Shown here piece after piece: positions 18,013 through 27,291 of a DNA stretch of 32,000 bases. Positions within the stretch are counted from its first letter, which is position 1. Each line of letters starts with the position of its first letter. The translations under genes were made by a program, and so were the position numbers. The notes beneath the pieces are model-generated. The model did no database searches and was not told the DNA's origin. It was given only the letters and a program-made list of their open reading frames with translations. Source of the DNA: Synechococcus elongatus PCC 6301 (lineage in GTDB: Bacteria > Cyanobacteriota > Cyanobacteriia > Synechococcales > Synechococcaceae); contig NC_006576.1 in the NCBI RefSeq assembly GCF_000010065.1, positions 1,110,001-1,142,000 of the forward strand, in the 5' to 3' direction.

Positions 18013-19050
18013 GTGGAGAAGACGATCGGTCTCGAGATTATTGAAGTTGTCGAGCAGGCAGCGATCGCCTCGGCCCGCCTGATGGGCAAAGGCGAAAAGA
18101 ATGAAGCCGATCGCGTCGCAGTAGAAGCGATGCGGGTGCGGATGAACCAAGTGGAAATGCTGGGCCGCATCGTCATCGGTGAAGGCGAGCGCGACGAAGC
18201 ACCGATGCTCTATATCGGTGAAGAAGTGGGCATCTACCGCGATGCAGACAAGCGGGCTGGCGTACCGGCTGGCAAGCTGGTGGAAATCGACATCGCCGTT
18301 GACCCCTGCGAAGGCACCAACCTCTGCGCCTACGGTCAGCCCGGCTCGATGGCAGTTTTGGCCATCTCCGAGAAAGGCGGCCTGTTTGCAGCTCCCGACT
18401 TCTACATGAAGAAACTGGCTGCACCCCCAGCTGCCAAAGGCAAAGTAGACATCAATAAGTCCGCGACCGAAAACCTGAAAATTCTCTCGGAATGTCTCGA
18501 TCGCGCCATCGATGAATTGGTGGTCGTGGTCATGGATCGTCCCCGCCACAAAGAGCTAATCCAAGAGATCCGCCAAGCGGGTGCCCGCGTCCGTCTGATC
18601 AGCGATGGTGACGTTTCGGCCGCGATCTCCTGCGGTTTTGCTGGCACCAACACCCACGCCCTGATGGGCATCGGTGCAGCTCCCGAGGGTGTGATTTCGG
18701 CAGCAGCAATGCGTTGCCTCGGCGGTCACTTCCAAGGCCAGCTGATCTACGACCCAGAAGTGGTCAAAACCGGCCTGATCGGTGAAAGCCGTGAGAGCAA
18801 CATCGCTCGCCTGCAAGAAATGGGCATCACCGATCCCGATCGCGTCTACGACGCCAACGAACTGGCTTCGGGTCAAGAAGTGCTGTTTGCGGCTTGCGGT
18901 ATCACCCCGGGCTTGCTGATGGAAGGCGTGCGCTTCTTCAAAGGCGGCGCTCGCACCCAGAGCTTGGTGATCTCCAGCCAGTCACGGACGGCTCGCTTCG
19001 TTGACACCGTTCACATGTTCGACGATGTCAAAACGGTTAGCCTCCGTTAA
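18013..19050 (+). CDS. glpX: Class II fructose-1,6-/sedoheptulose-1,7-bisphosphatase (GlpX type, cyanobacterial F/SBPase)
   Basis: 345 aa reading [41 protein letters not shown]...DPCEGTN...DGDV. The GTG start has TAAGGAG upstream at 17995-18001. Confidence 0.93.
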   Translation: MEKTIGLEIIEVVEQAAIASARLMGKGEKNEADRVAVEAMRVRMNQVEMLGRIVIGEGERDEAPMLYIGEEVGIYRDADKRAGVPAGKLVEIDIAVDPCEGTNLCAYGQPGSMAVLAISEKGGLFAAPDFYMKKLAAPPAAKGKVDINKSATENLKILSECLDRAIDELVVVVMDRPRHKELIQEIRQAGARVRLISDGDVSAAISCGFAGTNTHALMGIGAAPEGVISAAAMRCLGGHFQGQLIYDPEVVKTGLIGESRESNIARLQEMGITDPDRVYDANELASGQEVLFAACGITPGLLMEGVRFFKGGARTQSLVISSQSRTARFVDTVHMFDDVKTVSLR

Positions 19051-19095
19051 TTCCTGATCCCAAATGGCGGCCGGAGCGGTAGAACGGGTATAGCT

Positions 19096-19118
19096 CGATC
19101 GCTTCGGTCGTTGTTTTT
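19096..19118 (+). terminator. Weak terminator candidate after glpX
   Basis: A 5-bp stem with one G-U pair (CGATC/GGTCG) at 19096-19110 has a 5-nt loop and is followed by TTGTTTTT. Confidence 0.3.
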
Positions 19119-19181
19119 CAGCGAATCCATTTGCGATCGCTTTTCAAACCCTTTTTTCGTCAACCTTCTTTAAACGCCCTC

Positions 19182-20498
19182 ATGCATCTCGCAGTTGTCG
19201 GCCTCAGCCATCGGACAGCACCGGTTGCCGTGCGCGAGAAGCTGAGCATCCCTGAACAGCAAGTTGAAGCCGCGATTCAGCAGCTGAAAAGCTACCCACA
19301 CATCGAAGAGGTGGCGATCCTCAGCACCTGCAACCGCCTCGAGATCTACTGTGTCACCCGTGCTACTGAGCCCGGCGTGCGCGAAATCACCCAATTTTTG
19401 TCTGAGCACAGCCATCTGCCCTTAGGGGAGTTGCGGCCTCACCTGTTTGTCTTACTCCATCAAGACGCCGTCATGCACCTGATGCGGGTGGCGGCAGGCC
19501 TCGACAGTTTGGTGCTGGGCGAAGGCCAGATTCTGTCCCAAGTCAAAACCATGTACAAGCTGGGGCAGCAGTACGAGGGCGTCGGTCGCATCCTCAATCG
19601 TCTGCTCAAACAGGCCGTCACCGCTGGCAAGCGTGTCCGCACGGAAACCAGCATTGGCACCGGCGCAGTCTCGATCAGTTCGGCAGCGGTGGAACTAGCG
19701 CAGCTCAAGGTCATTGCACGGGACGATCGCAGCGACGGCAACCTTGCGGGTCAGCGAGTGCTGATCCTGGGGGCAGGCAAGATGTCGCGTCTCCTCGTTC
19801 AACACCTAATTGCAAAAGGGGCTGACACGATTCAGATCCTCAACCGCACCTTGGGTCGGGCGGAAGAACTAGCCAAACAATACGGCGGTGATCTCCAGAT
19901 TCAGGTTGGTCTGCTCTCGGGCTTGATGAATGCGATCGTGGAAGCAGACATCGTCTTCACCAGCACTTCAGCGACGGATCCCATCCTCGATCGCGCCAAG
20001 CTGGAGATGGTGCTGGCCCCTGAACAGCGGCTGATGCTGATCGATATTGCCGTGCCGCGTAACGTAGCTGCGGATGTGGTGGAACTGACGAGCGTTGAGT
20101 CCTACAACGTTGATGACCTACGCGAGGTCGTCGCCCAAAACCAAGAGAGCCGCCGCAAGCTAGCGGAAGAAGCAGAAGCCCTGTTGGAAGAAGAGGTCGA
20201 TGCCTTCGATAACTGGTGGCAGTCTCTGGATACGGTGCCAACGATCAACTGCCTGCGCGACAAGATTGAGATGATTCGCGAGCAGGAACTCGAGAAAGCG
20301 CTGTCGCGGCTGGGCACGGAGTTTGGCGACAAACATCAAGCGGTGGTGGAAGCCCTGACTCGTGGCATCGTCAACAAAATCCTGCATGACCCGATGGTGC
20401 AGCTGCGATCGCAACAGGATATCGAAGCCCGCCGCCGGGCCGTCGATGCCCTGCAAATGCTGTTCAATCTCGATCCACAAGGACAGTTGAGTAGCTGA
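19182..20498 (+). CDS. hemA: Glutamyl-tRNA reductase
   Basis: [22 protein letters not shown]...STCNRLEIY...[10 protein letters not shown]...LGAGKMS shows the HemA motifs. The start is trimmed to the ATG at 19182; the track's TTG at 19131 adds a non-conserved extension. Confidence 0.93.
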   Translation: MHLAVVGLSHRTAPVAVREKLSIPEQQVEAAIQQLKSYPHIEEVAILSTCNRLEIYCVTRATEPGVREITQFLSEHSHLPLGELRPHLFVLLHQDAVMHLMRVAAGLDSLVLGEGQILSQVKTMYKLGQQYEGVGRILNRLLKQAVTAGKRVRTETSIGTGAVSISSAAVELAQLKVIARDDRSDGNLAGQRVLILGAGKMSRLLVQHLIAKGADTIQILNRTLGRAEELAKQYGGDLQIQVGLLSGLMNAIVEADIVFTSTSATDPILDRAKLEMVLAPEQRLMLIDIAVPRNVAADVVELTSVESYNVDDLREVVAQNQESRRKLAEEAEALLEEEVDAFDNWWQSLDTVPTINCLRDKIEMIREQELEKALSRLGTEFGDKHQAVVEALTRGIVNKILHDPMVQLRSQQDIEARRRAVDALQMLFNLDPQGQLSS

Positions 20499-20806
20499 TG
20501 GTCGTTGAATGGCTGAAATTTGCAGTTCCAGCGACTGAGCAAGCGGCGTTCCTAGCTGCCGATGCGGCGGTTTGGACGCCCCTCCTGAGCCGCTATCCGG
20601 GCTATTTGCGCAAGGAAGTTTGGCAAGATCCCAGCGATCGCGATCACCTAGTGATGGTCATTCACTGGCAAAGTCGCGAGCAATGGAAAAGTATCCCTGA
20701 AGATGTGTTGATCGAGGGCGATCGCCGCTTTCAGGCTCAACTCGGGCGTGAGTATCCGCTCGTGGAAGCGCAGGAATTTGCGATCGTTCCCCAGCCTGAG
20801 ATCTGA
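20498..20806 (+). CDS. Small ABM/Dabb-fold (antibiotic-biosynthesis-monooxygenase-like) domain protein
   Basis: 102 aa. VEWLKFAVP...VWQDPSDRDHLVMVIHWQSREQWKSI resembles the ferredoxin-like ABM fold pattern. Its ATG overlaps the hemA TGA (TGATG at 20496-20500). Confidence 0.6.
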   Translation: MVVEWLKFAVPATEQAAFLAADAAVWTPLLSRYPGYLRKEVWQDPSDRDHLVMVIHWQSREQWKSIPEDVLIEGDRRFQAQLGREYPLVEAQEFAIVPQPEI

Positions 20807-21372
20807 TGCAATCTGCGATCGCTGAACTCAACACCGATCGCCTCCGCCTGCGAGCTTGGCAAGAAAGCGATCGCGAACCCTTTGCGGTGCTCAATGCCGA
20901 TCCAGGGGTGATGGAGCATTTCCCTGCCTGTCTGAGTCGGGCTGAAAGTGATGACCTCGTCGATCGCATCGAAGCGCATTGGCAGCAGTGGGGGTTTGGC
21001 CTCTGGGCAGTTGAACAAAAGAGCGATCGCGCCTTCATTGGGTTTATTGGCCTCAAGACTGTGCCCTTTGAAGCAGACTTCACACCAGCGGTGGAGATTG
21101 CTTGGCGGTTGGCGCAACCCTACTGGGGGCAAGGATTCGCTTCCGAAGGAGCGAAGGCTACTTTGCAATTTGGCTTTGAGCAGCTTCAGCTCGACACGAT
21201 TGTTAGCTTCACCGCCGTCTGTAACCAGCGATCGCAACGGCTGATGCAACGGTTAGGGCTGCAGCAGGTGGGGACGTTCGAACATCCCGCCTTACCCGAG
21301 GGCGATCGCCTGCGGACACATGTCTTGTATCGGGGCGATCGCCAGCAATGGCAGGCTGGCCTTCTAGGCTAG
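20806..21372 (+). CDS. GNAT-family N-acetyltransferase (RimJ/RimL-like)
   Basis: TDRLRLRAWQESDREPF...EIAWRLAQPYWGQGFASEGAKA...N.RSQRLMQRLG matches the Acetyltransf_3-like pattern. Its ATG overlaps the upstream TGA (TGATG). Confidence 0.85.
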   Translation: MQSAIAELNTDRLRLRAWQESDREPFAVLNADPGVMEHFPACLSRAESDDLVDRIEAHWQQWGFGLWAVEQKSDRAFIGFIGLKTVPFEADFTPAVEIAWRLAQPYWGQGFASEGAKATLQFGFEQLQLDTIVSFTAVCNQRSQRLMQRLGLQQVGTFEHPALPEGDRLRTHVLYRGDRQQWQAGLLG

Positions 21373-21396
21373 AGAGAGACGATCAGCCAGAAACCA

Positions 21397-22047
21397 ATGC
21401 GCGTTTTAGTTGTGGGTGCTACCGGCCGGACGGGGCGATGTGTTGTCGAAACGGCGATCGCAGCCGGACATTCAGTACGAGCGCTGGTGCGCAGTGCGAA
21501 TCCCCAACCACCTTTGCCTGAGGGTGTGGAACTGGTAGTGGGTGATCTCAGCGATCGCGCCAGTTTGGAAGCAGCGTTAGCCGGTATGGACGCCGTGATC
21601 TCGGCCGCTGGGGCTACGCCTAACCTCGATCCCCTCGGCCCCTTCAAGGTTGACTATCTGGGAACAACTCAGCTGATTGATCTGGCCGGTGCTGCCGGTA
21701 TTCAGCGTTTTGTCTTGGTCAGCTCGCTCTGTGTGTCGCGGCTGCTGCACCCGCTCAACCTGTTTTGGTTAGTGCTGTTCTGGAAGCGTCGTGCTGAGCG
21801 CTATCTCCAATCCAGCGGTCTGTCTTACACAATCGTGCGACCAGGTGGTCTGCGCAGCGATCGCACAAGGGTGCCGCTCAAACTAACCGGCCCCGATGAG
21901 TTGTTTGATGGCAGCCTCCCACGGTTGCAGGTTGCAGAAGTGGCGGTCGAAGCTTTGATCAACCCCGCTGCCGCCAACCGGATCGTCGAAATTGTGGGGG
22001 ATTCCAGCCTGCCGGAGCGATCGCCCGCTGAACTCCTTAGCGCCTGA
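21397..22047 (+). CDS. NAD(P)-binding atypical SDR (NmrA/Ycf39-like, a5-type)
   Basis: MRVLVVGATGRTGRCVVETAIAAGHSVRALVRS is a Rossmann GxxGxxG motif. FVLVSS and YTIVRPGGL motifs are also present. Confidence 0.85.
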   Translation: MRVLVVGATGRTGRCVVETAIAAGHSVRALVRSANPQPPLPEGVELVVGDLSDRASLEAALAGMDAVISAAGATPNLDPLGPFKVDYLGTTQLIDLAGAAGIQRFVLVSSLCVSRLLHPLNLFWLVLFWKRRAERYLQSSGLSYTIVRPGGLRSDRTRVPLKLTGPDELFDGSLPRLQVAEVAVEALINPAAANRIVEIVGDSSLPERSPAELLSA

Positions 22048-22056
22048 TCCACCACG

Positions 22057-22410
22057 ATGGACAAACGTCACCTTTTGGGGCTGGCAATCGGCGGTATCGC
22101 GATCGCAGGTCTGGCCTACTGGCTGGGCTCTGAACTCCTGCGCGAACTCACTCAGGCGGAAGTCTATCCAGGGCCTTGGCAAACCCAACCGCTGGCAGAG
22201 TTGGACAGCAGCTTGAGCAGCCACAACGTTCCCAACTGCCAACCCTATCGGTATCGCACCAACCAACTCGACCCCGAAATTGGGGAATATCTTGTCGCTT
22301 GCCCCACCCTAGCAGGACAACAACCGCAGGCTTATTTAGTGCTGCTGCCGCTGCAAAAAGTCGTCAGCGGTCCCTTTCCGCTTGATCCATCTCTCGCCAA
22401 TGCACCTTAG
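22057..22410 (+). CDS. Hypothetical membrane-anchored protein
   Basis: 117-aa ORF beginning 9 nt after the SDR stop. It has an N-terminal TM helix (LLGLAIGGIAIAGLAYWLG) and no motif I recognise. Confidence 0.45.
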   Translation: MDKRHLLGLAIGGIAIAGLAYWLGSELLRELTQAEVYPGPWQTQPLAELDSSLSSHNVPNCQPYRYRTNQLDPEIGEYLVACPTLAGQQPQAYLVLLPLQKVVSGPFPLDPSLANAP

Positions 22411-22509
22411 CCACGCAGCCTTGGCCACCAGACTGGCGATTTCCCACCAGGAATGACGGATCAGCCTTGTCCTCGGGGTATTCCAAGAAAGTTCGCTGAG
22501 GATGAAAGC

Positions 22510-23505
22510 ATGGATGCGAGTTTGCTGCTGCGTCAGATCACCACAGGCTATTGGGGATCGCAGGCACTGTACGTTGCAGCGAAGCTGGGCATTGCAGATC
22601 AACTGGTGAACGGGCCGCGCTCTTGTGAAGATCTGGCGATCGTCGTGGGAGCCAAGCCCGAGGTCTTGTATCGATTACTGCGAGCTCTAGCCAGTCTAGG
22701 CATTTTCACTGAGGTCAGCGATCGCCAGTTTGCGTTGACGCCTGCGGCAGAACTGCTGCGATCGGGCACGGCTGGATCCCTGCGGAATCTGGTGATGATG
22801 TTCGGCGAAGAGCACTACGTGGCTTGGGGCGAGCTGCTCCACAGCATCCAAACCGGTGAGAATGCCTTCGAGCATCACTATGGTGCGCCGGTGTTTGCCT
22901 ACTATGCTCAGCACCCAGCTTCCGCCGACATTTTCAACGGGGCGATGTCGGATATGTCTCGCCCAGATACAGCCGCCGTACTATCCAGCTATGACTTTCA
23001 GGGCATCCGCTGCCTGGTCGATGTGGGCGGCGGCCATGGTCAACTGCTCTCACAGATTTTGGCGGCTTATCCCGACCTCACGGGGATTCTCTACGATCAA
23101 CCCGCCGTGGTTGCGGGTGCCGACAGTGTTTTGGCAGATGTGAGCGATCGCTGCGAAGTGGTCGGCGGTGATTTCTTTGCATCTGTGCCGGCTGGTGGTG
23201 ACGCCTACCTGCTCAAGCACATCATTCACGACTGGGATGATGCTGACTCCCTCAAGATTTTGGCGAATTGTCGTCAGGTGATGCAGCCCGGCGATCGCTT
23301 GTTACTGCTCGAACAGGTGGTGCGGGCTGGCAATGAGCCCAACCTGGCCAAATGGCTGGACTTGAACATGTTGGTGATGACTCAAGGCGGCCGCGAACGC
23401 ACCCAAGCAGAATTTGCAACACTCTTAGCCGATGCCGGTTTCCAGCTCAGTCAGATTCACGGCACCGCGAGCGAAGTCTGCATCATCGAAGGCCGAGCGA
23501 TTTAA
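22510..23505 (+). CDS. Class I SAM-dependent O-methyltransferase (Methyltransf_2 type with N-terminal dimerisation domain)
   Basis: The start is taken at the ATG at 22510, with GAGGA 7 nt upstream. The N-terminus is TTGYWGSQALYVAAKLGIADQL, and the SAM motif LVDVGGGHG and the segment LLKHIIHDWDD are present. Confidence 0.85.
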   Translation: MDASLLLRQITTGYWGSQALYVAAKLGIADQLVNGPRSCEDLAIVVGAKPEVLYRLLRALASLGIFTEVSDRQFALTPAAELLRSGTAGSLRNLVMMFGEEHYVAWGELLHSIQTGENAFEHHYGAPVFAYYAQHPASADIFNGAMSDMSRPDTAAVLSSYDFQGIRCLVDVGGGHGQLLSQILAAYPDLTGILYDQPAVVAGADSVLADVSDRCEVVGGDFFASVPAGGDAYLLKHIIHDWDDADSLKILANCRQVMQPGDRLLLLEQVVRAGNEPNLAKWLDLNMLVMTQGGRERTQAEFATLLADAGFQLSQIHGTASEVCIIEGRAI

Positions 23506-23781
23506 GATCTTGCCGATATTGAATCGATCAACAAGGTTAGGGTGTTTTTTCCTGATCCGTTTAGCCTTAACCCCGCAGCCAACACCGGACAGTTTTACCC
23601 GTGCGATCGCAATTCAGCCGATCGAGTCTCACCCGAAATCTTGTTGCGGGGGGAACTGGAGGAGTCGAGTCCCCCATCGTGCGTGCGGTGGGAGTACGCA
23701 GTCACCCCTACGGATAGAGGCTGTTAAAACCACACCAAGCAACCCCAAAGTTGTCCTAATTTAATTGCGGACTGCCGCGGC

Positions 23782-26295
23782 TCAAGGACTTTGGAGCGTG
23801 GCTACGAACTGCTCGATCTGCTGTTGATAACTGCCCAAGGTTTGCTCCACCCACTGGTGATCTTGGGCGTTGGCATAGAGATGGATCAGCGGATAGCTGG
23901 CGTCTGGTAAGACCAGCAGCCATTGATCGCCGCGATCGCCCTGAATCCGCAAGCCCTCCTGAAAGTTGAGGCGATCGGGCTCATGGCTTTCGAGGAGTTG
24001 CCGCATCAGGGTCCCTAGTAAATTGCGCGGGCAGCTCAGGGTTAGGTGGCGATGGGCAATACTCGGCAGTGACTCCACCCACTGGGACAGCGATCGCGAT
24101 TGGCGATCGAGTCCTTCAATCAGCCGAGCAATGCCAAATATGGCATCAAAGCCAGCGTGCATCTCTGGAAAAATGAAGCCCAACTCGCCACTACCACCGA
24201 GGATGACATCCGGTAGATTGCGGCAAGCAGCCATCAATGCCGTCGGAGTCGGTCGACAACGATGCACGCGCCCGTGATAGCGCCAAGCAGTCTGATCTAC
24301 AGCGCTGGAACTGGTCATCGGCACCACCACTGTGCCTCCCGGTCGCCGCAACCAACAGATTTCTGCCATCAAAACGGTCAGCTGTTCATGGTCCAGCGCC
24401 ATTCCCTGCTCATCGACCAAGGTAAAACGCTCACCATTGGCCGCCACTTGCACGCCACAGTTAGCCTTAATCGCACTGACAACTTGGCCCATCTGCTCCA
24501 ATAGAGACTGGCGTTCGTTTTCTGTGGGCGGTTGCTGGCGCAGGCTGGCATTGAGAATGACGGCATCGCAGCCAAACTCACTCAGCAGGAGCGGCAAAAC
24601 CGCCCCCGAGACGGAGTAGGCGTAGTCGATCACAATTCGGTTGGGCGATCGCAGCAGCAAGTCGCGATCGAGGCGATCGCAAAACAACTGGCGGTAGAGC
24701 GGCAGGGTTTCGCTGACGGTGATCATCGTGCCGAGATCCTGCATGGGGACACGGCGCAAATCCTCCTGAAAGAACGCCGCTTCAATCCGCCGTTCTAAGG
24801 CGCGATCGACGGTCAAACCCTCGCGATCCAAAAACTCGATTAGGACATGGGTGGGCCAGAGTGGATCGAGACGGACATGGATACCGCCCACCACCGGCAA
24901 CCGCGCCAGCATCGAGCGAGCGATCGGCACTGCTGCCGCTTCGAGGTTGCGAATCGTAATGCCCGTGGACATCAAGCCTGCAATCAGAGATCGCGTCACC
25001 ATTTGCGAAATACTGCGCTGGTCGCGCGAGACCGTGACACTGCTACCGGGCGGTATGGTTGAGCCGTAGGCGACGCCCAACTTGACGGCAAACTCCGGCG
25101 TGATATCGACGTTGGCGATACCGCGCACACCGCCATCACTAAATAGGCGACGGCGGGCACTAGTTGCCCAAATCAAATTGAGGTTGACGATCGCGCCTGC
25201 TTCAATTTGCTTGCGGGGCCAAATCCGCACTTCGGCCTGAACCTGTGCTTCTTCTTGGAGACGACAGCCGCTGCCGATGACTGCACCCTCATGAATTTGC
25301 ACATGGCGCTCCAGACGCACCCCATCCGCCAGCACACAGCCCTCGAGGTGCGATCGCTGCCCAATTTGCACCCGATTCCAAACCACTGCACGATCGAGGC
25401 AAGCGCCAGCCTCAATCCGGCTTTCATCCCCGATTACCGTGCCAGCTTTGAGCTGCACCTCCTCGCCGATGTAACAGTGCTGACCAATCCAAAGGGGGGG
25501 TTCTAGCTGCGCACTACTGGCGATCGTGGTGCCCTCACCAACATAGATACCGGGCCGCCACTCCATTTGATTGGCTTGCAGTCGCACCCGCCCCAGCAAA
25601 GCATCGAGCTGCGCCCGTTGATAGGCCTGACGGTTACCGATATCACACCAGTAGCCCTGATCGACGTAGCCCGTTACTACTTCTCCGGCAGCCAAAAGAC
25701 GCGGTAGAAGATGGGTAGCAAAGTCTGAGGGCTCATCCAGGGGCAGATAGTCCAGGGCTTCGGGTTCAAGAATGTAAAAGCCGCTGTTGACGGTGTCAGA
25801 AATTAGTTCACTGGCATCTGGTTTTTCAATCAGACGGATAATTCGTTGCTGGCGATCGCAGACAACGCAACCAAATTCAAGAGGCTGATCCACCCGAGCC
25901 AAAATCACCGTCGCGATCGCTTGCTGTTGGCGATGCCAAGCCAACGCTGCTGTCAGATCAAAGTCGCTCAGGCAGTCGCCACTGGCAACAAGAAAGGTCT
26001 CCTGCAGTTGACTAGTCAGGTTTTTGACGCTGCCCGCCGTCCCCAAGGGGCGATCGGCTTCGAGGATGTAGCGCAGGTCAACCCCCCAGTCCTGTCCCTC
26101 TTGGAAGTACTGCTGGATCGTCTCGGGGCGATAGTAGAGCGTTGCCAGAATTTCTTGATAACCATGGCGGTGCAGCAGTTGCAGAATATGGGCCGCGATC
26201 GGGCGATTGAGGATCGGCACCATCGGTTTGGGGCGATCGCAGGTCAAGGGTCGTAACCGCGTTCCCAGTCCACCCGCGAGTAAAACAGCGCGCAT
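23782..26295 (-). CDS. Bifunctional sugar-1-phosphate nucleotidyltransferase (mannose-1-phosphate guanylyltransferase-like) fused to a phosphomannomutase/phosphoglucomutase-like domain
   Basis: The start is trimmed to MRAVLLAGGLGTRLRPLTCDRPKPMVPI, the nucleotidyltransferase signature. Left-handed beta-helix hexapeptide repeats fill the middle, and a PGM/PMM-like region forms the C-terminal half. Confidence 0.85.
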   Translation of the reverse strand: MRAVLLAGGLGTRLRPLTCDRPKPMVPILNRPIAAHILQLLHRHGYQEILATLYYRPETIQQYFQEGQDWGVDLRYILEADRPLGTAGSVKNLTSQLQETFLVASGDCLSDFDLTAALAWHRQQQAIATVILARVDQPLEFGCVVCDRQQRIIRLIEKPDASELISDTVNSGFYILEPEALDYLPLDEPSDFATHLLPRLLAAGEVVTGYVDQGYWCDIGNRQAYQRAQLDALLGRVRLQANQMEWRPGIYVGEGTTIASSAQLEPPLWIGQHCYIGEEVQLKAGTVIGDESRIEAGACLDRAVVWNRVQIGQRSHLEGCVLADGVRLERHVQIHEGAVIGSGCRLQEEAQVQAEVRIWPRKQIEAGAIVNLNLIWATSARRRLFSDGGVRGIANVDITPEFAVKLGVAYGSTIPPGSSVTVSRDQRSISQMVTRSLIAGLMSTGITIRNLEAAAVPIARSMLARLPVVGGIHVRLDPLWPTHVLIEFLDREGLTVDRALERRIEAAFFQEDLRRVPMQDLGTMITVSETLPLYRQLFCDRLDRDLLLRSPNRIVIDYAYSVSGAVLPLLLSEFGCDAVILNASLRQQPPTENERQSLLEQMGQVVSAIKANCGVQVAANGERFTLVDEQGMALDHEQLTVLMAEICWLRRPGGTVVVPMTSSSAVDQTAWRYHGRVHRCRPTPTALMAACRNLPDVILGGSGELGFIFPEMHAGFDAIFGIARLIEGLDRQSRSLSQWVESLPSIAHRHLTLSCPRNLLGTLMRQLLESHEPDRLNFQEGLRIQGDRGDQWLLVLPDASYPLIHLYANAQDHQWVEQTLGSYQQQIEQFVATLQSP

Positions 26296-26375
26296 AATCT
26301 CTGCAGTCTTTTTGGCAAAGTGCCCGCCCTCAGCCAAAAATCCTATGATCGGGGCAAGACCAGAGAGAAATTGCA

Positions 26376-26552
26376 ATGACCGGCTTGCTCTACCTCGGAT
26401 TAATCCTGTATCTCATTGGTGCTTGGCGGTTCTGGGTTGGCTTTGGGAAAACCCACTTCAGCAGCAACCGAGCGATTTTGACTCTGCTCTGGCCACTGTT
26501 GCTGGTCAGTCAGTCCTTCCGCCAGAACTTCCGTCGCGCTCTCAAGGGTTAG
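26376..26552 (+). CDS. Small membrane protein (58 aa, two predicted TM helices), hypothetical
   Basis: Manual translation gives MTGLLYLGLILYLIGAWRFWVGFGKTHFSSNRAILTLLWPLLLVSQSFRQNFRRALKG*. It falls below the ORF-track size cutoff. The TAG at 26550-26552 lies 4 nt before the ATG of the next gene. Confidence 0.45.
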   Translation: MTGLLYLGLILYLIGAWRFWVGFGKTHFSSNRAILTLLWPLLLVSQSFRQNFRRALKG

Positions 26553-26556
26553 AGCG

Positions 26557-27246
26557 ATGGCGATCGTAGACCCTTGGCAAGACCGCTGGCAGACTGTTGC
26601 TCGTCGCTACAGCCGCGAGTATCGGCGCGAAGCCCAACCGCTACCAGATGACCTCGAGTCGTTGGCGATCGTCCAAACCTGGCGAGCAGGTCAGCTCCAG
26701 AACCAAATTGGTTCCGCTTTTTGGGAGTTAGCGCAACCCGGTAAAGGACAGGCTTGGCTGGATTTAGGCTGCAGCCTCAGCTTCTTGGTCTACCCTTGGC
26801 GTGATTGGCAGGCTAGCTTTTCAGGACAGGATATTTGTCCCGAAGCTTGTGAAATCCTGCGGCAGCGGGGGCCTCAGCTCAACTCCAAACTGTTCAAGGG
26901 CTGCCGCCTCGCCCCTGCCCACCAACTCGACTACCCTGATCGCAGCTTTGATGGCGCGATCGCGACGGGAGTCAGCGCCTATTATCCGCTCGACTACTGG
27001 GCTGAAGTTCTGACCGCAGTTCAGAAAGTGCTCAAGCCGGGTGGCCAGTTCCTATTTGATGTCATCAATCCTGAAGCCGCGATCGCAGAGGATTGGGCCA
27101 TCCTTGAAACCTATCTGGGCGCGCCGGTTGAGCTGGTCGATCTCGATCAGTGGCGACAGCTCTGCCGCGATCGCGGAGCGCGCATCCGTGCCGAATCAGC
27201 CGGGCCACTTTTCCAACTCCTGCGCATTGATTGGCCCAAGGGCTAG
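26557..27246 (+). CDS. Class I SAM-dependent methyltransferase
   Basis: Motif I is WLDLGCS and the post-I/II region reads FDGAIATGV...LKPGGQFLFDV. The protein is 229 aa. Confidence 0.75.
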   Translation: MAIVDPWQDRWQTVARRYSREYRREAQPLPDDLESLAIVQTWRAGQLQNQIGSAFWELAQPGKGQAWLDLGCSLSFLVYPWRDWQASFSGQDICPEACEILRQRGPQLNSKLFKGCRLAPAHQLDYPDRSFDGAIATGVSAYYPLDYWAEVLTAVQKVLKPGGQFLFDVINPEAAIAEDWAILETYLGAPVELVDLDQWRQLCRDRGARIRAESAGPLFQLLRIDWPKG

Positions 27247-27291
27247 CGGTTGCCTGCGATAGCGAAAGAAGAGAATCAACAACTAGCAGCT

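Noticed and set aside
17989-18549. 186-aa ORF antisense to glpX, plus similar long antisense or alternative-frame ORFs in the track (for example 346-732, 3677-4246, 4255-4824, 10691-11008, 20737-21249, 21883-22266, 27684-28148)
   Set aside because: Each lies entirely within, or mostly opposite, a gene with clear family motifs. Their products are Arg/Ser/Pro/Gly-rich low-complexity sequences typical of off-frame translation of GC-rich DNA. None has a convincing ribosome-binding site.
23657-23677. GGAGGAGTCGAGTCCCCCA resembles a tRNA/tmRNA T-arm (GTTCGAGTC-like)
   Set aside because: The flanking bases do not form a 5-bp T-stem around a 7-nt loop. No acceptor, D or anticodon arms can be drawn, there is no CCA context, and no tmRNA tag reading frame lies nearby.
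23432-23764. ORFs of 110 aa (23432-23764) and 61 aa (23542-23727) covering the long convergent spacer
   Set aside because: The first is an out-of-frame continuation from inside the methyltransferase gene. The second has no ribosome-binding site and a composition unlike coding sequence. The region is better explained as structured non-coding DNA.
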